50,767 bases of DNA from Candidatus Micrarchaeota archaeon (GTDB lineage Archaea > Micrarchaeota > Micrarchaeia > Micrarchaeales > CABMGC01), in the NCBI GenBank assembly GCA_027328425.1, contig DAHVUT010000026.1:1-50767 (forward strand), written 5' to 3'. Position 1 is the stretch's first letter. Each line of letters starts with the position of its first letter. The notes under the pieces are model-generated. The model was not told the DNA's origin and ran no database searches. It was given only the letters and a program-made list of their open reading frames with translations. Made by a program: the position numbers and the translations under genes. Of the stretch, positions 1 to 8,869 are shown piece after piece.

Positions 1-243
1 AAGAGCGCCCCGGCCCTGGTGCCCAGGACGTGGTACGGGATGCCTGCATACTCGAAGGACGGCAGCGTGCTGTGCTGGTACCAGGGTGCGTACAAGTTCA
101 AGACAAGATACGGGTTTGTAGGCTTCAGCGACAAAGCAAAACTCGATGAAGGAAACATGTGGCCCATCTCCTTTGCGCTGAAGAAACTGACGGGCGCCGA
201 AGAGGCGAAGATTGCGGCGCTTGTCAGGAAAGCATTGAACTGA
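1..243 (+). CDS. DUF1801/YdhG-like domain protein, C-terminal part (5' end outside window)
   Basis: Frame 1 is open from base 1 to TGA 241-243. The WYGMPAY...YGFVGF...ALKKL pattern resembles YdhG/DUF1801 proteins. Assignment is from memory only. Confidence 0.4.
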   Translation, partial: KSAPALVPRTWYGMPAYSKDGSVLCWYQGAYKFKTRYGFVGFSDKAKLDEGNMWPISFALKKLTGAEEAKIAALVRKALN

Positions 244-319
244 GGCCCGCTTCCCCGCCCAGCGCAAACGCCCCGAAAATGCAAGTGTTGCATTTTAAAA
301 CATAGCGCCCAATAGGAAT

Positions 320-880
320 ATGCAACGGGGAAAACGGCAGCTGGAGATGGATTCTGCCTTTGACGAGCACAGGAACATCAGCCTCAAGCTTGCCGATTAC
401 GACGAGATCTTCTCGGTCTTCGACCCTAGGCCACATTCGGAGAGGGCGCTGTCCGTGGACTTTCTCGACGAGGCCAAGCGCGCAAGCATAGACAAACCCA
501 CCGGCCGGATAGAGGTGAGGCTTCTTGTGCCGAAGAGGCTCAGGGACCTGGAGGAAGAGCGGACGATAAAAAGGAGACTGAGGAACCACTTCGAGAAGCA
601 TTCCGGTGTGCTCAAGAAGAAGCGCCGGGCCACGATGCGCAGTGGATCGGCTTTCTTCATATCAGGTGTGCTGATAATGCTGCTCACCGCGTTCATACTC
701 TATGTGTATAAAGGCAACGACATAGCGGCAAACTTTCTGTTGATACTCTTCGAGCCGGCGGGCTGGTTCCTGTTCTGGGAGGGCCTGGACATGCTGCTCT
801 TCGAGGCAAAGAAGACGGACCCCGAGCTGGAGTTCAACAAGAAGCTTGCCAACGCGCACATAAACTTCCAGTCGTACTGA
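320..880 (+). CDS. hypothetical membrane protein (charged N-domain plus two C-terminal TM helices)
   Basis: 186-aa ORF with two hydrophobic segments (FFISGVLIMLLTAFILYVY and FLLILFEPAGWFLFWEGL). A TTTTAAAA box lies about 25 nt upstream. No recognisable family motif. Confidence 0.55.
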   Translation: MQRGKRQLEMDSAFDEHRNISLKLADYDEIFSVFDPRPHSERALSVDFLDEAKRASIDKPTGRIEVRLLVPKRLRDLEEERTIKRRLRNHFEKHSGVLKKKRRATMRSGSAFFISGVLIMLLTAFILYVYKGNDIAANFLLILFEPAGWFLFWEGLDMLLFEAKKTDPELEFNKKLANAHINFQSY

Positions 881-895
881 AACGCAGACATGCTG

Positions 896-1294
896 CTAGA
901 TGCTGAGCAGCTGCCTGAGCTCCTTTATCTCCTTCTTCCTTATTTCGTTCCTCCCAGGGTAGGCGAAATGCAACAGCCTGCTGCTGTACCTGGGCAGCAC
1001 GTGTATGTGGAAGTGGTGCACGCTGCTCACGCCTCCTATGTTGACCCCTATGTCCATCCCGAAGCATTTCAGCTTCCTCATCTCCAGCCGCCCGAACTTC
1101 CTCGCGACCCTGAACATGTGCGAGATGGTGGCGTCGGGGGCCGAGAGCATGTCCTTGTAATGCCTCTTCGAGACAACTAGCAAATGCCCCCTCTCCACAG
1201 GGAGCTTGTTTATCAGGACGCCGCACACCCTGTCTGCGTAGATCATCCTAGAAACTTCTCCCTGCGGCATCGTGCAGAATACGCACTTTCGCAT
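896..1294 (-). CDS. HIT family hydrolase
   Basis: ORF 896-1357 trimmed to Met22 (MRKCVFC...). Histidine triad HHFHIHVLPR is present. The first 21 codons of the ORF show no HIT similarity. Confidence 0.8.
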   Translation of the reverse strand: MRKCVFCTMPQGEVSRMIYADRVCGVLINKLPVERGHLLVVSKRHYKDMLSAPDATISHMFRVARKFGRLEMRKLKCFGMDIGVNIGGVSSVHHFHIHVLPRYSSRLLHFAYPGRNEIRKKEIKELRQLLSI

Positions 1295-1362
1295 AGCCGA
1301 CCCGTTTGGACTAGGCACACGCTGCTTATTAACACATAAGGACGGCCACAGCAACATACTGC

Positions 1363-1450
1363 GGCTTTGTTTAATAAGTCAAAATCTGTTTAAAAAGTCA
1401 TATTTTTGATAACCGAAAGTGTTTAAAAATCAGGATTTTTAAACAAAGCC
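1363..1450. repeat. intergenic repeat block R1: three GTTTAA[TA]AAGTC-like units bounded by inverted GGCTTTGTTTAA / TTAAACAAAGCC
   Basis: GTTTAATAAGTC at 1369-1380, GTTTAAAAAGTC at 1388-1399, GTTTAAAAATC at 1421-1431. A 12-bp inverted repeat sits at both edges. A related block occurs at 2195-2250. Confidence 0.6.
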
Positions 1451-2038
1451 CCTTGGCCTTAAGGGCTTAATTATCTGGTCAGGCGACACCATTCCCTGCG
1501 ATAGTTCCTTAGCCTTGAGGGTAGCCAATATATTCTCGACTATCTCCCTTGCCGCATCCATATTGTGTTCCGTCTTCTTAAGCATCGGTACAGGCTGCAT
1601 CACCTGCATTGGCAGGGGCACCGGTGGCATCAAGACTGCGGGAATCATTTCTATGTCAATATCGAAATATACCTTCCGATCAAAATCAAGACCATACTGC
1701 TTTTCTATATAATCAATGCTCCTGATACCCATGTACTTCAGCAGTTCGTCCTCCTCTTCAACAAGCCTCTCGAATTCTTTGATAAGGCTTGCGTAAACTC
1801 TGCTGCGCCTTTCGGCCTTTTCCTTGTTTCCCTTCGTGCTTTCGTTTTCAGCCTTCAGCGGCACGGACAAACCGCGCCTGTAGACCTTCTCGATGGGATC
1901 CTTCATGCTGCCAATGGCATGCACCACACGGTCACTGCAGCGCCTTCCCATAACCTTGTCCATCTCTTTCTCAAGCCCAAGTATGTTCATTACGTCAGAT
2001 GCCTTGCTCTTATCTGCTTCCTTCGTCGAGATTGCCAT
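1439..2038 (-). CDS. hypothetical protein (charged, helical)
   Basis: ORF 1439-2098 trimmed to Met21. An AAGTATTTATAC box (2055-2070, minus strand) lies about 25 nt upstream of this ATG, consistent with a leaderless start. No known motif. Confidence 0.5.
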   Translation of the reverse strand: MAISTKEADKSKASDVMNILGLEKEMDKVMGRRCSDRVVHAIGSMKDPIEKVYRRGLSVPLKAENESTKGNKEKAERRSRVYASLIKEFERLVEEEDELLKYMGIRSIDYIEKQYGLDFDRKVYFDIDIEMIPAVLMPPVPLPMQVMQPVPMLKKTEHNMDAAREIVENILATLKAKELSQGMVSPDQIIKPLRPRGFV

Positions 2039-2194
2039 GATCCATAGGCTCATCGGTAGTATAAATACTTTATTGCGTAATTTGCCAATCGCCAGCACTT
2101 TAAAAAACTATCTGCCATCGGGGCTTTGTCTGACACGTTTAATTGTAACACTCATTAACAGTTGTTGGTTTAAAGCTGAGATATTCAGAAAGTA

Positions 2195-2250
2195 AAATGT
2201 TTAATAAGTCGGTAGACTGTTTAAGAAGTGTCACTATTTAAACAAAGTCG
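2195..2250. repeat. intergenic repeat block R2 (paralogous to R1)
   Basis: GTTTAATAAGTC at 2199-2210, GTTTAAGAAGTG at 2219-2230, TATTTAAACAAAG at 2235-2247. Order and spacing match block R1. Confidence 0.6.
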
Positions 2251-2308
2251 CATCCCGTTTGGCGCGGAAAAATTAATATGCGCAGACGCGTACTTCGGGG
2301 TTGGCCGG

Positions 2309-2773
2309 CTACTTCCCGCCACCACCCAGGATCTCCTTCTGAACCCTCCTAAGCGAGGCGTCGCTCGCCCTAGGGCCTAGCAGCGTGGTGATATAGCCCT
2401 TGTACCTGGACATGTACACCCTTTCGTGCTCATACGTTATCGTCTCCTTCCCACTTACACCAGCCGTAGGATAGAGCTTGGCATGAAGATGGGCCACACC
2501 GGTGCCCTCAAACACCAGGTTGACCCTCTGCACATCCAGTCGTCTTCTGATAATGTTCGACACCTTCTTCGCGGCCACAATGAAATTCATGAGTTCCTTG
2601 TCACCAAGCTCTGAGAATATGCTGCCGGCGTGCCTTTTCGGTATCAGCACTGCCTGCCCCCTTGTATTGGGAAATATGTCAAGGAAAGCAAGGTAGTCCC
2701 TGCCCTCGTATATCTTGTACGCCTGGATTTCGCCCCTGGCGATGCCGCAGAAGATGCAGCCTTTCCGTTGCAT
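2309..2773 (-). CDS. HIT family protein (second paralog, degenerate triad)
   Basis: N-terminal CIFCGIARGE and LAFLDIFPNTRGQAVLIPKRH are typical HIT blocks. The triad region reads VAHLHAKLYP, with the third His replaced by Lys. Confidence 0.8.
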   Translation of the reverse strand: MQRKGCIFCGIARGEIQAYKIYEGRDYLAFLDIFPNTRGQAVLIPKRHAGSIFSELGDKELMNFIVAAKKVSNIIRRRLDVQRVNLVFEGTGVAHLHAKLYPTAGVSGKETITYEHERVYMSRYKGYITTLLGPRASDASLRRVQKEILGGGGK

Positions 2774-2784
2774 AACGCGTACTT

Positions 2785-2862
2785 GCGCACATGCGCTTTT
2801 AATGGTTGCGCATGCGGCCGTGCAGCCGTTTCAGGAGTGCGGGGCTGCATAAGGTATATAAA
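2785..2862. promoter_or_regulatory. divergent control region: two GCGCA/TGCGC palindromes plus a TATA box for the regulator-suf operon
   Basis: GCGCACATGCGC at 2785-2796 and GCGCATGCGG at 2808-2817. TATATAAA at 2855-2862, with a second TTTATAA at 2884-2890, precede ATG 2905. Confidence 0.45.
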
Positions 2863-2904
2863 GGTTCCATGGGCATAGCCTAATTTATAACAGGGTTATA
2901 GCGT

Positions 2905-3276
2905 ATGTCCAGCAAGTACGAAGTTACGGCGGAAGGATATGTGCCTGCGGCGCGCTCCATAATAGCGCATACGCTGATAGAGAAGTACCACAAAAGCGAG
3001 GTTGAGGTTGCCAAACACATGGGCGTTGCGCAAGCGGCCGTAAGCAAGTACATGACGGGCAAGTACTCTGAGAGGCTGAAGCGCAAGATGGAGGAGCTCA
3101 ACGCAAAGATAGGCGAGAACAGGCAGCTGTTCGATTTCTACATAAAGAACGTCGCCAGCGGCGATGACGAGCACGCGAACGCGTGCGTCTGCGCGCTCTG
3201 CGGCATGGCCAACGGTTTCTCGTGCTCGTTCTCCAGAGCGCTGGCTGCAAAAGCGGCGCAGGCAGGCGCCAAATAA
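2905..3276 (+). CDS. HTH transcriptional regulator with C-terminal Cys cluster (candidate suf regulator)
   Basis: Helix-turn-helix segment EVAKHMGVAQAAVSKYMTGK. C-terminal ACVCALCGMANGFSC (C-x-C-x2-C-x7-C). The stop codon lies 8 nt before the sufB ATG. Confidence 0.65.
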   Translation: MSSKYEVTAEGYVPAARSIIAHTLIEKYHKSEVEVAKHMGVAQAAVSKYMTGKYSERLKRKMEELNAKIGENRQLFDFYIKNVASGDDEHANACVCALCGMANGFSCSFSRALAAKAAQAGAK

Positions 3277-3283
3277 TGATTGC

Positions 3284-4690
3284 ATGACGGGTTCGGAGAG
3301 CCTCATGACAGAGGCAGACTATAAGGAACGTTACGGATTCGTTACCGATGCGGAGTACGTTGAGTTCGACAAGGGCCTTTCCGAGGAAACGGTGAGGAAG
3401 ATATCGAAGCTGAAGGGTGAGCCCGAGTGGGTGCTGGAGAAGAGGCTGCTCGGCTACAGTGTATTTGAGAGCAAGCCAACGCCGAAGTGGGGCGCCGACC
3501 TGGGCGACATAGACTACAACGACATATACTACTACAACAACCCAAAAACAAAGGAGGGCACGAAGTGGGAGGATGTGCCGGAAGAGATAAAACAAACATT
3601 TGATAAGCTGGGGGTACCCGAAGCGGAGAGGAAGTTCTTTGCCGGGGCCGAGGCTCAGTTCGATTCAGGCGTTGTCTACTCACACATCAACGAGGAGCTG
3701 GAGAAGCTTGGCGTGATATTCACTGACACGGACACGGCCGTGAAGAAGCACCCTGAGCTCGTGAAGAAGTACTTCGGCACGGTCATACCGCCTACGGATA
3801 ACAAGTTCGCAGCGCTCAACTCGGCCGTATGGAGCGGCGGCAGCTTCATCTATGTGCCAAAGGGGGTCAAGGTTCCGATGCCGCTCAACGCATACTTCAG
3901 GATAAATGCAGAGCGTTCGGGTCAGTTCGAAAGGACACTTATCATCGCAGACGAGGGGGCGGAGGTGGTCTATTTGGAGGGTTGCACGGCCGCGATGTAC
4001 TCCGCCAACTCTCTGCATGCCGCTGTTGTGGAGATAGTAGTGCACAAGAATGCAAAGGTGCAGTACGTCACTATACAGAACTGGGCAAAGAACATCTACA
4101 ATCTTGTTACGCAGCGCGCATACGTCTATGAGAATGCGCACATGTCTTGGATCGATGCAAACATAGGCAGCAAGACAAACATGAAGTACCCCTCCATATA
4201 CCTGAGGGGGAGGAACTCGCAGGGCGAGATACTCTCGATAGCGCTGGCTTCCGACGGGCAGGTGCAGGATTCCGGGGGCAAGGTCTACCATATCGCACCG
4301 AACACCGCCTCGAAGATAGTATCGAAGAGCATATCCAAGGGAAGCGGGCTGACTACATTCAGAGGCCTGGTGCACATAGGCAAGGAAGCTGAGAACGCCA
4401 AGGTGAACACAACATGCAACGCGCTGCTGCTCGATGGCGACGCTAAAACAAACACTTACCCGTATGCAGACATACAGCGCAACGACGCGCTGCTGAGCCA
4501 CGAGGCTAAGGTAGGCAAGATAAGCGAGGACGACGTGTTTTACCTCATGTCCAGGGGCATACCGGAGGGCGACGCCATAGCGATGATAATATTGGGCTTC
4601 CTCAACGACCTGACCAAGGTGCTGCCGATGGAGTATTCGCTGGAGTTGAAGAGACTGATAAAACTCGACATGGCAGGTTCGGTGGGCTGA
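3284..4690 (+). CDS. sufB: Fe-S cluster assembly protein SufB
   Basis: Strong SufB blocks (FERTLIIADEGAEVVYLEGCTA, HEAKVGKISEDDVFYLMSRGI). ORF 3164 was trimmed because its first 40 codons overlap the regulator gene in another frame. Confidence 0.9.
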   Translation: MTGSESLMTEADYKERYGFVTDAEYVEFDKGLSEETVRKISKLKGEPEWVLEKRLLGYSVFESKPTPKWGADLGDIDYNDIYYYNNPKTKEGTKWEDVPEEIKQTFDKLGVPEAERKFFAGAEAQFDSGVVYSHINEELEKLGVIFTDTDTAVKKHPELVKKYFGTVIPPTDNKFAALNSAVWSGGSFIYVPKGVKVPMPLNAYFRINAERSGQFERTLIIADEGAEVVYLEGCTAAMYSANSLHAAVVEIVVHKNAKVQYVTIQNWAKNIYNLVTQRAYVYENAHMSWIDANIGSKTNMKYPSIYLRGRNSQGEILSIALASDGQVQDSGGKVYHIAPNTASKIVSKSISKGSGLTTFRGLVHIGKEAENAKVNTTCNALLLDGDAKTNTYPYADIQRNDALLSHEAKVGKISEDDVFYLMSRGIPEGDAIAMIILGFLNDLTKVLPMEYSLELKRLIKLDMAGSVG

Positions 4691-4700
4691 GGGCGATCGC

Positions 4701-5924
4701 TTGAACGATAACGAGATGCTAGTGGAGCGGGCTGTTGCAGGATTCGCAAGACTGCCTTTCGACAAGGGCGAGCTCTACAAGAGGTACAGCACCGAAATTA
4801 AATTCTCCGGCGCAGCCAACCGCGAGACAGACAGCGTGGAGGAGATCATGAAAAGCATCATGAGCTCGGCAGGAATGAAATTCGACCTCCACAGCACAGA
4901 CGGGGGGATAAGCACGGGCAGCAGCATCGTAAGCACATCGGAGATTGCGGCTGCGGGCGCAACGCCGGCAGGGGGCGCTTCATTCGAGGATAGCCTCTAC
5001 GGCTACATGAGGAGCGTCGGCTACAGCATAGTAGAGATCGACGTGCCTGAAGGCGCGGCTGCGAAGCTGAACTTCCTCCTGCTCAACGAGAACACAAAAG
5101 CGCAGCCTGTAATAGTGGCAAACGTAGGGAAAAACGCAAGCCTGGGGCTCTTCGAGTGGATAGGCTCCACCGATGGTGCGACGGCCACGCGGACAGCTAT
5201 CAATGTAATCAACTCGGGCCCCGGCTCCAGCGCCGAGATAAGCACACTCCACAACGAGTCGGATTTGTGCGACGTTGGCGTGCTCAACAGCATAACGGCC
5301 CATGAGAACGCATCCGTCCGGCTCAACTGCGTCTACAACGGCGGCAAGAGCACAAAGTCGAGCACGATGGCGAACGCCGAGGGGCGGGAAAGCAGGATAG
5401 CGGTGAACGAGATAGTTCTAGGCAACGGTTCGCAGTCCTTCGACCTCGGCACATATACGCTCAACGCAGGAACAAGGACCGACACTACACTGATGAGCGG
5501 CGCGGTGCTCAAAGACAAAGCGCTCTGCACACTCAAAGGATACGCTAAAGTGGCGAGCGGAGCGGACGGCTCCCACACATACGTGGAGGAAAAAGGATTG
5601 GTCATGGACAGCGGAGCACGGATGAGGCCGCTGCCCGACATGAGCATAGACTGCAAAAACGTGGCGTTCGCGTCGCACAGTGCGTCCGCGGCCCCTATAG
5701 ACGCGGAGAAGCTCTTCTACCTGATGAGCAGGGGCATCGAAGAGGCGCGGGCGAAGCGATCGTTCGTGGCAAGCTTCCTGTCCAAGTACCTCGCAAGCAT
5801 AGCCAACGACACTGTCAAAGAGATAGCTATATCTGCGCTCCTTGACAAGCTTGATAATGGCAGGCACGCAGTCGTGCCGCAGATAAGCCCGCAGAACCTG
5901 TGGATAGTGCCAGGTGCGAAGTGA
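4701..5924 (+). CDS. sufD: Fe-S cluster assembly protein SufD
   Basis: SufB/SufD family C-terminal block SHSASAAPIDAEKLFYLMSRGIEE. Lacks the SufB-specific N-terminal region. Start is TTG 4701 or ATG 4716. Confidence 0.8.
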   Translation: MNDNEMLVERAVAGFARLPFDKGELYKRYSTEIKFSGAANRETDSVEEIMKSIMSSAGMKFDLHSTDGGISTGSSIVSTSEIAAAGATPAGGASFEDSLYGYMRSVGYSIVEIDVPEGAAAKLNFLLLNENTKAQPVIVANVGKNASLGLFEWIGSTDGATATRTAINVINSGPGSSAEISTLHNESDLCDVGVLNSITAHENASVRLNCVYNGGKSTKSSTMANAEGRESRIAVNEIVLGNGSQSFDLGTYTLNAGTRTDTTLMSGAVLKDKALCTLKGYAKVASGADGSHTYVEEKGLVMDSGARMRPLPDMSIDCKNVAFASHSASAAPIDAEKLFYLMSRGIEEARAKRSFVASFLSKYLASIANDTVKEIAISALLDKLDNGRHAVVPQISPQNLWIVPGAK

Positions 5925-5928
5925 TGCT

Positions 5929-6651
5929 ATGAAAATTGAGATAAAGGACCTGCATGTGGAAGTCGAAGGCAACGAGGTGGTAAAGGGGATAAGCATCGCC
6001 ATAGAGGAGGGCGAGTTCCACGTGCTGATGGGACCGAACGGTTCGGGGAAGACTACGCTGTCGAGGACGATACTCGGGCATCCCGGGGCCAAGGTCACGG
6101 GGGGCGACATACTGGCCGACGGGAAGAGCATACTGAAGCTCGGCGCTGACAAACGGGCGAAGCTCGGCCTCTTCCTCACTTTCCAGAACCCGGTCGAGAT
6201 AGAGGGACTCGGCCTGATGAACTTCCTCAATACGGCCAACGCTTCACTGAAGGAAAAGGGCTCGTTCAGGGAGTTCATGACTGACGTGAAGGACACAGCG
6301 AGAGAGCTTGACCTGAAAGACGACCTCATGGGGAGGTCCCTCAACTATGGATTCTCGGGTGGGGAGAAGAAGAAGGTGGAGGTGCTGCAGCTCAGGCTCC
6401 TCAAGCCCAGGATAGCTATACTCGACGAACCCGACTCTGGGCTGGACGTAGATGCGGTGAGGATAGTTGCAGAAAACATAAACAAATTCAGGCAGGAGAC
6501 TGGCGCTGGCATCTTGCTGATAACGCACTACAGCAGGATATTGAACTACATGAAGCCCGAGTACGTACACGTCATGGTCAACGGGAAGATAGTCGAGGAA
6601 GGCGGCAAGGACCTTGTGGAGAAGATAGAGAAGGAGGGCTACAAGTACTAG
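5929..6651 (+). CDS. sufC: Fe-S cluster assembly ATPase SufC
   Basis: Walker A GPNGSGKTT, ABC signature FSGGEKKK, Walker B ILDEPDSGLD. ATG 5929 was preferred over GTG 5914, which overlaps the sufD stop. Confidence 0.9.
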   Translation: MKIEIKDLHVEVEGNEVVKGISIAIEEGEFHVLMGPNGSGKTTLSRTILGHPGAKVTGGDILADGKSILKLGADKRAKLGLFLTFQNPVEIEGLGLMNFLNTANASLKEKGSFREFMTDVKDTARELDLKDDLMGRSLNYGFSGGEKKKVEVLQLRLLKPRIAILDEPDSGLDVDAVRIVAENINKFRQETGAGILLITHYSRILNYMKPEYVHVMVNGKIVEEGGKDLVEKIEKEGYKY

Positions 6652-6660
6652 GCGAAAGGC

Positions 6661-7902
6661 ATGGAGTTTGACGTGGAGAAGGTAAGGAAGGATTTCCCAA
6701 TACTCGCTACGCAGATGAACGGTAAGCGTCTCATTTATCTCGACAGCGCCGCAACCTCGCAGAAGCCCAGGCAGGTTATAAACGCGGTGGCGAGGCACTA
6801 CAGGAAGCGCAACGCCAACATACACCGCGGGATATACAAGCTGTCCGAAGAAGCGACTGAGGAGTACACCAAATCAAAGGATGCGGTGGCCAGGTTCATA
6901 CACGCGAAGGGCTACAGGAACATAGTCTATTTCAGGAGCACCACCGAGGCCATAAATGCGGTGGCTAGGGCGTGGGGCGACGCCAATGTGGGCAGCGGGG
7001 ACCACGTGCTCATAACCGAGATGGAGCACCACAGCAACATCGTGCCCTGGCAGATGCTGGCAAAAAGGAAGGGGGCCCACCTCGACTATGTCAAGCTGAA
7101 GGACAGGAGCGAGCTTGACATGGAGGATTACAAGAGCAAGCTGGCGCTCAAGCCGAAGATGGTGGCTGTAACTCACGTGTCAAACGTCCTGGGAACTATA
7201 AACGGCGTGAATGAGATAACAAGGATGGCGCACGAAACAGGAGCAAGCGTGCTCATTGACGGCGCCCAGTCGGTGCCTCACATGCCCGTGGGCGTTTCGG
7301 GCATGGATGCTGACTTCGTTGCGTTCTCTGGTCATAAGATGCTGGGGCCCAGCGGCATAGGGGTGCTGTACGGGAAGGAGGATGTTTTAGAAACGATGGA
7401 GCCCTTCCACGGTGGCGGCGACATGATAAGGAGCGTCGACTTCCAGGAATCCACGTGGAATGAGCTGCCGTGGAAATTCGAGGCGGGCACGCAGAACATG
7501 GAGGGCGCTGCCGGCCTCGCCGCTGCCGTCAAGTACCTGAAGAAGCTCGGAATGGAGAACGTGAGGGCGCACGAGAAAGCGCTGACGCTCTACGCGCTTG
7601 ATAAGCTGAAAGATGCCGGTGTTACAGTGTACGGCCCCGGCAATGAGGAGATAGACAGGCGGGGTAGCGTGATTTCATTCTCGATGAAGGGTGCGCACGC
7701 ACACGACATAGCGCAGGTTCTTGATAGCGAAGGTATCGCTGTGAGGTCAGGGCACCACTGCGCGATGCCGCTTGTAACTAAAGTGCTGAACGAGCCTGCT
7801 GTACCGAGGATGAGTTTCTACATATATAACACGCAGGTGGAAATCGATGCGGCCGTTGCCGCGCTTGGAAAGGTCAGGGAGGTACTGAAGAGAGGCGCGT
7901 GA
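6661..7902 (+). CDS. sufS: cysteine desulfurase SufS (class II aminotransferase V)
   Basis: PLP-lysine motif SGHKMLGPSGIGVLYG and catalytic Cys loop RSGHHCAMP. Confidence 0.9.
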   Translation: MEFDVEKVRKDFPILATQMNGKRLIYLDSAATSQKPRQVINAVARHYRKRNANIHRGIYKLSEEATEEYTKSKDAVARFIHAKGYRNIVYFRSTTEAINAVARAWGDANVGSGDHVLITEMEHHSNIVPWQMLAKRKGAHLDYVKLKDRSELDMEDYKSKLALKPKMVAVTHVSNVLGTINGVNEITRMAHETGASVLIDGAQSVPHMPVGVSGMDADFVAFSGHKMLGPSGIGVLYGKEDVLETMEPFHGGGDMIRSVDFQESTWNELPWKFEAGTQNMEGAAGLAAAVKYLKKLGMENVRAHEKALTLYALDKLKDAGVTVYGPGNEEIDRRGSVISFSMKGAHAHDIAQVLDSEGIAVRSGHHCAMPLVTKVLNEPAVPRMSFYIYNTQVEIDAAVAALGKVREVLKRGA

Positions 7903-7945
7903 TTGGTTTCTTGAAGTGCTTGGATCCAAAACCAAGGTTACAGCC

Positions 7946-8794
7946 TCACAGCAGCCTAGTAAGGATCACAGCAAAGAAGACAAATGCAAGATACGGAGAG
8001 GAAAACTTGAAGAGTGGCCAGGCAACGGACTGGTTTGCGGCAACCCTGTAGCTAAGATAGAGTATCAGCAGAAGAGGTATTAGGATCATGGCGAGGTAAT
8101 ATGCGCCCAGAAAAAGTGCCAAAGAGAGCGAAACAAGCGACATAAGGATGTTGAAAAACACTATCGCCATCGTGCCTTTTCGCGGTGTCTCGACGGCGCT
8201 AAACATGGGCACGCCCGCCCTCCTGTATTCTTTCCTGAATCTCAATGCAAGCGACCATATGTGGCCCGGTATCCAGAGAAGCACGAGCATGCCTAGGATA
8301 ATCCCGGGAATCGTGATTGTGCCGGCAGCGGCTGCCACTCCGGCCCAGACGCAAAAGCTGCCTGCAAATCCGCCTATCAGGACTGCAAACCTGCTCCTTC
8401 TCTTGAACACTGCGGTGTACACCAGCACATAGAAGACAACACCAAGCGCAATCATGAGCGATGTGAGCCAGTTTGCCAGGCCTCCCGCCACGATGCCTAA
8501 CGACACGAGAGTCACGCCCCACGCGGTGCCGGTAAGCGGGCTTACAGCACCACTTACGCTCGCCCTGCTCGCTGTCCTTCTCATTTTCCCATCTATGTCT
8601 ACCTCAAGCATCTTGTTCAGGAGCTCGGCGCCCATGCTGCTCGCGAGGACAGCCACCAAAACCGAAACAAGGGGAAGCAGAACGAACCCGTTCCAGCTGC
8701 TGCGCGCTATTCCAAATCCCGCCAAAGCAGAGAGAACAAGGAGCGCGACTATCCTTGGCTGCGCAAGGCTGAGATAATCATACAATCTTGCCAT
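7946..8794 (-). CDS. ctaB: protoheme IX farnesyltransferase (heme O synthase), UbiA family
   Basis: Polytopic UbiA-type prenyltransferase. N-terminal YLSLAQPRIVALLVLSALAG and the length and TM pattern are typical of CtaB/CyoE. Confidence 0.8.
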   Translation of the reverse strand: MARLYDYLSLAQPRIVALLVLSALAGFGIARSSWNGFVLLPLVSVLVAVLASSMGAELLNKMLEVDIDGKMRRTASRASVSGAVSPLTGTAWGVTLVSLGIVAGGLANWLTSLMIALGVVFYVLVYTAVFKRRSRFAVLIGGFAGSFCVWAGVAAAAGTITIPGIILGMLVLLWIPGHIWSLALRFRKEYRRAGVPMFSAVETPRKGTMAIVFFNILMSLVSLSLALFLGAYYLAMILIPLLLILYLSYRVAANQSVAWPLFKFSSPYLAFVFFAVILTRLL

Positions 8795-8869
8795 CTAGAA
8801 TGACCTTATGGGTTGTCTAATGGAAAGGAACCTGTATAAACTTTCACAATACTAGGAAACCGCCGCTCT

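Noticed and set aside
276-296. Perfect palindrome AAAATGCAA-GTG-TTGCATTTT after the first gene
   Set aside because: It is most simply a terminator-like hairpin overlapping the TTTTAAAA promoter box of the next gene. Nothing distinguishes it further.
3164-3283. N-terminal 40 codons of the sufB ORF
   Set aside because: They overlap the 3' end of the HTH regulator gene in another frame and are Arg/Ser/Ala-rich. SufB similarity starts after ATG 3284.
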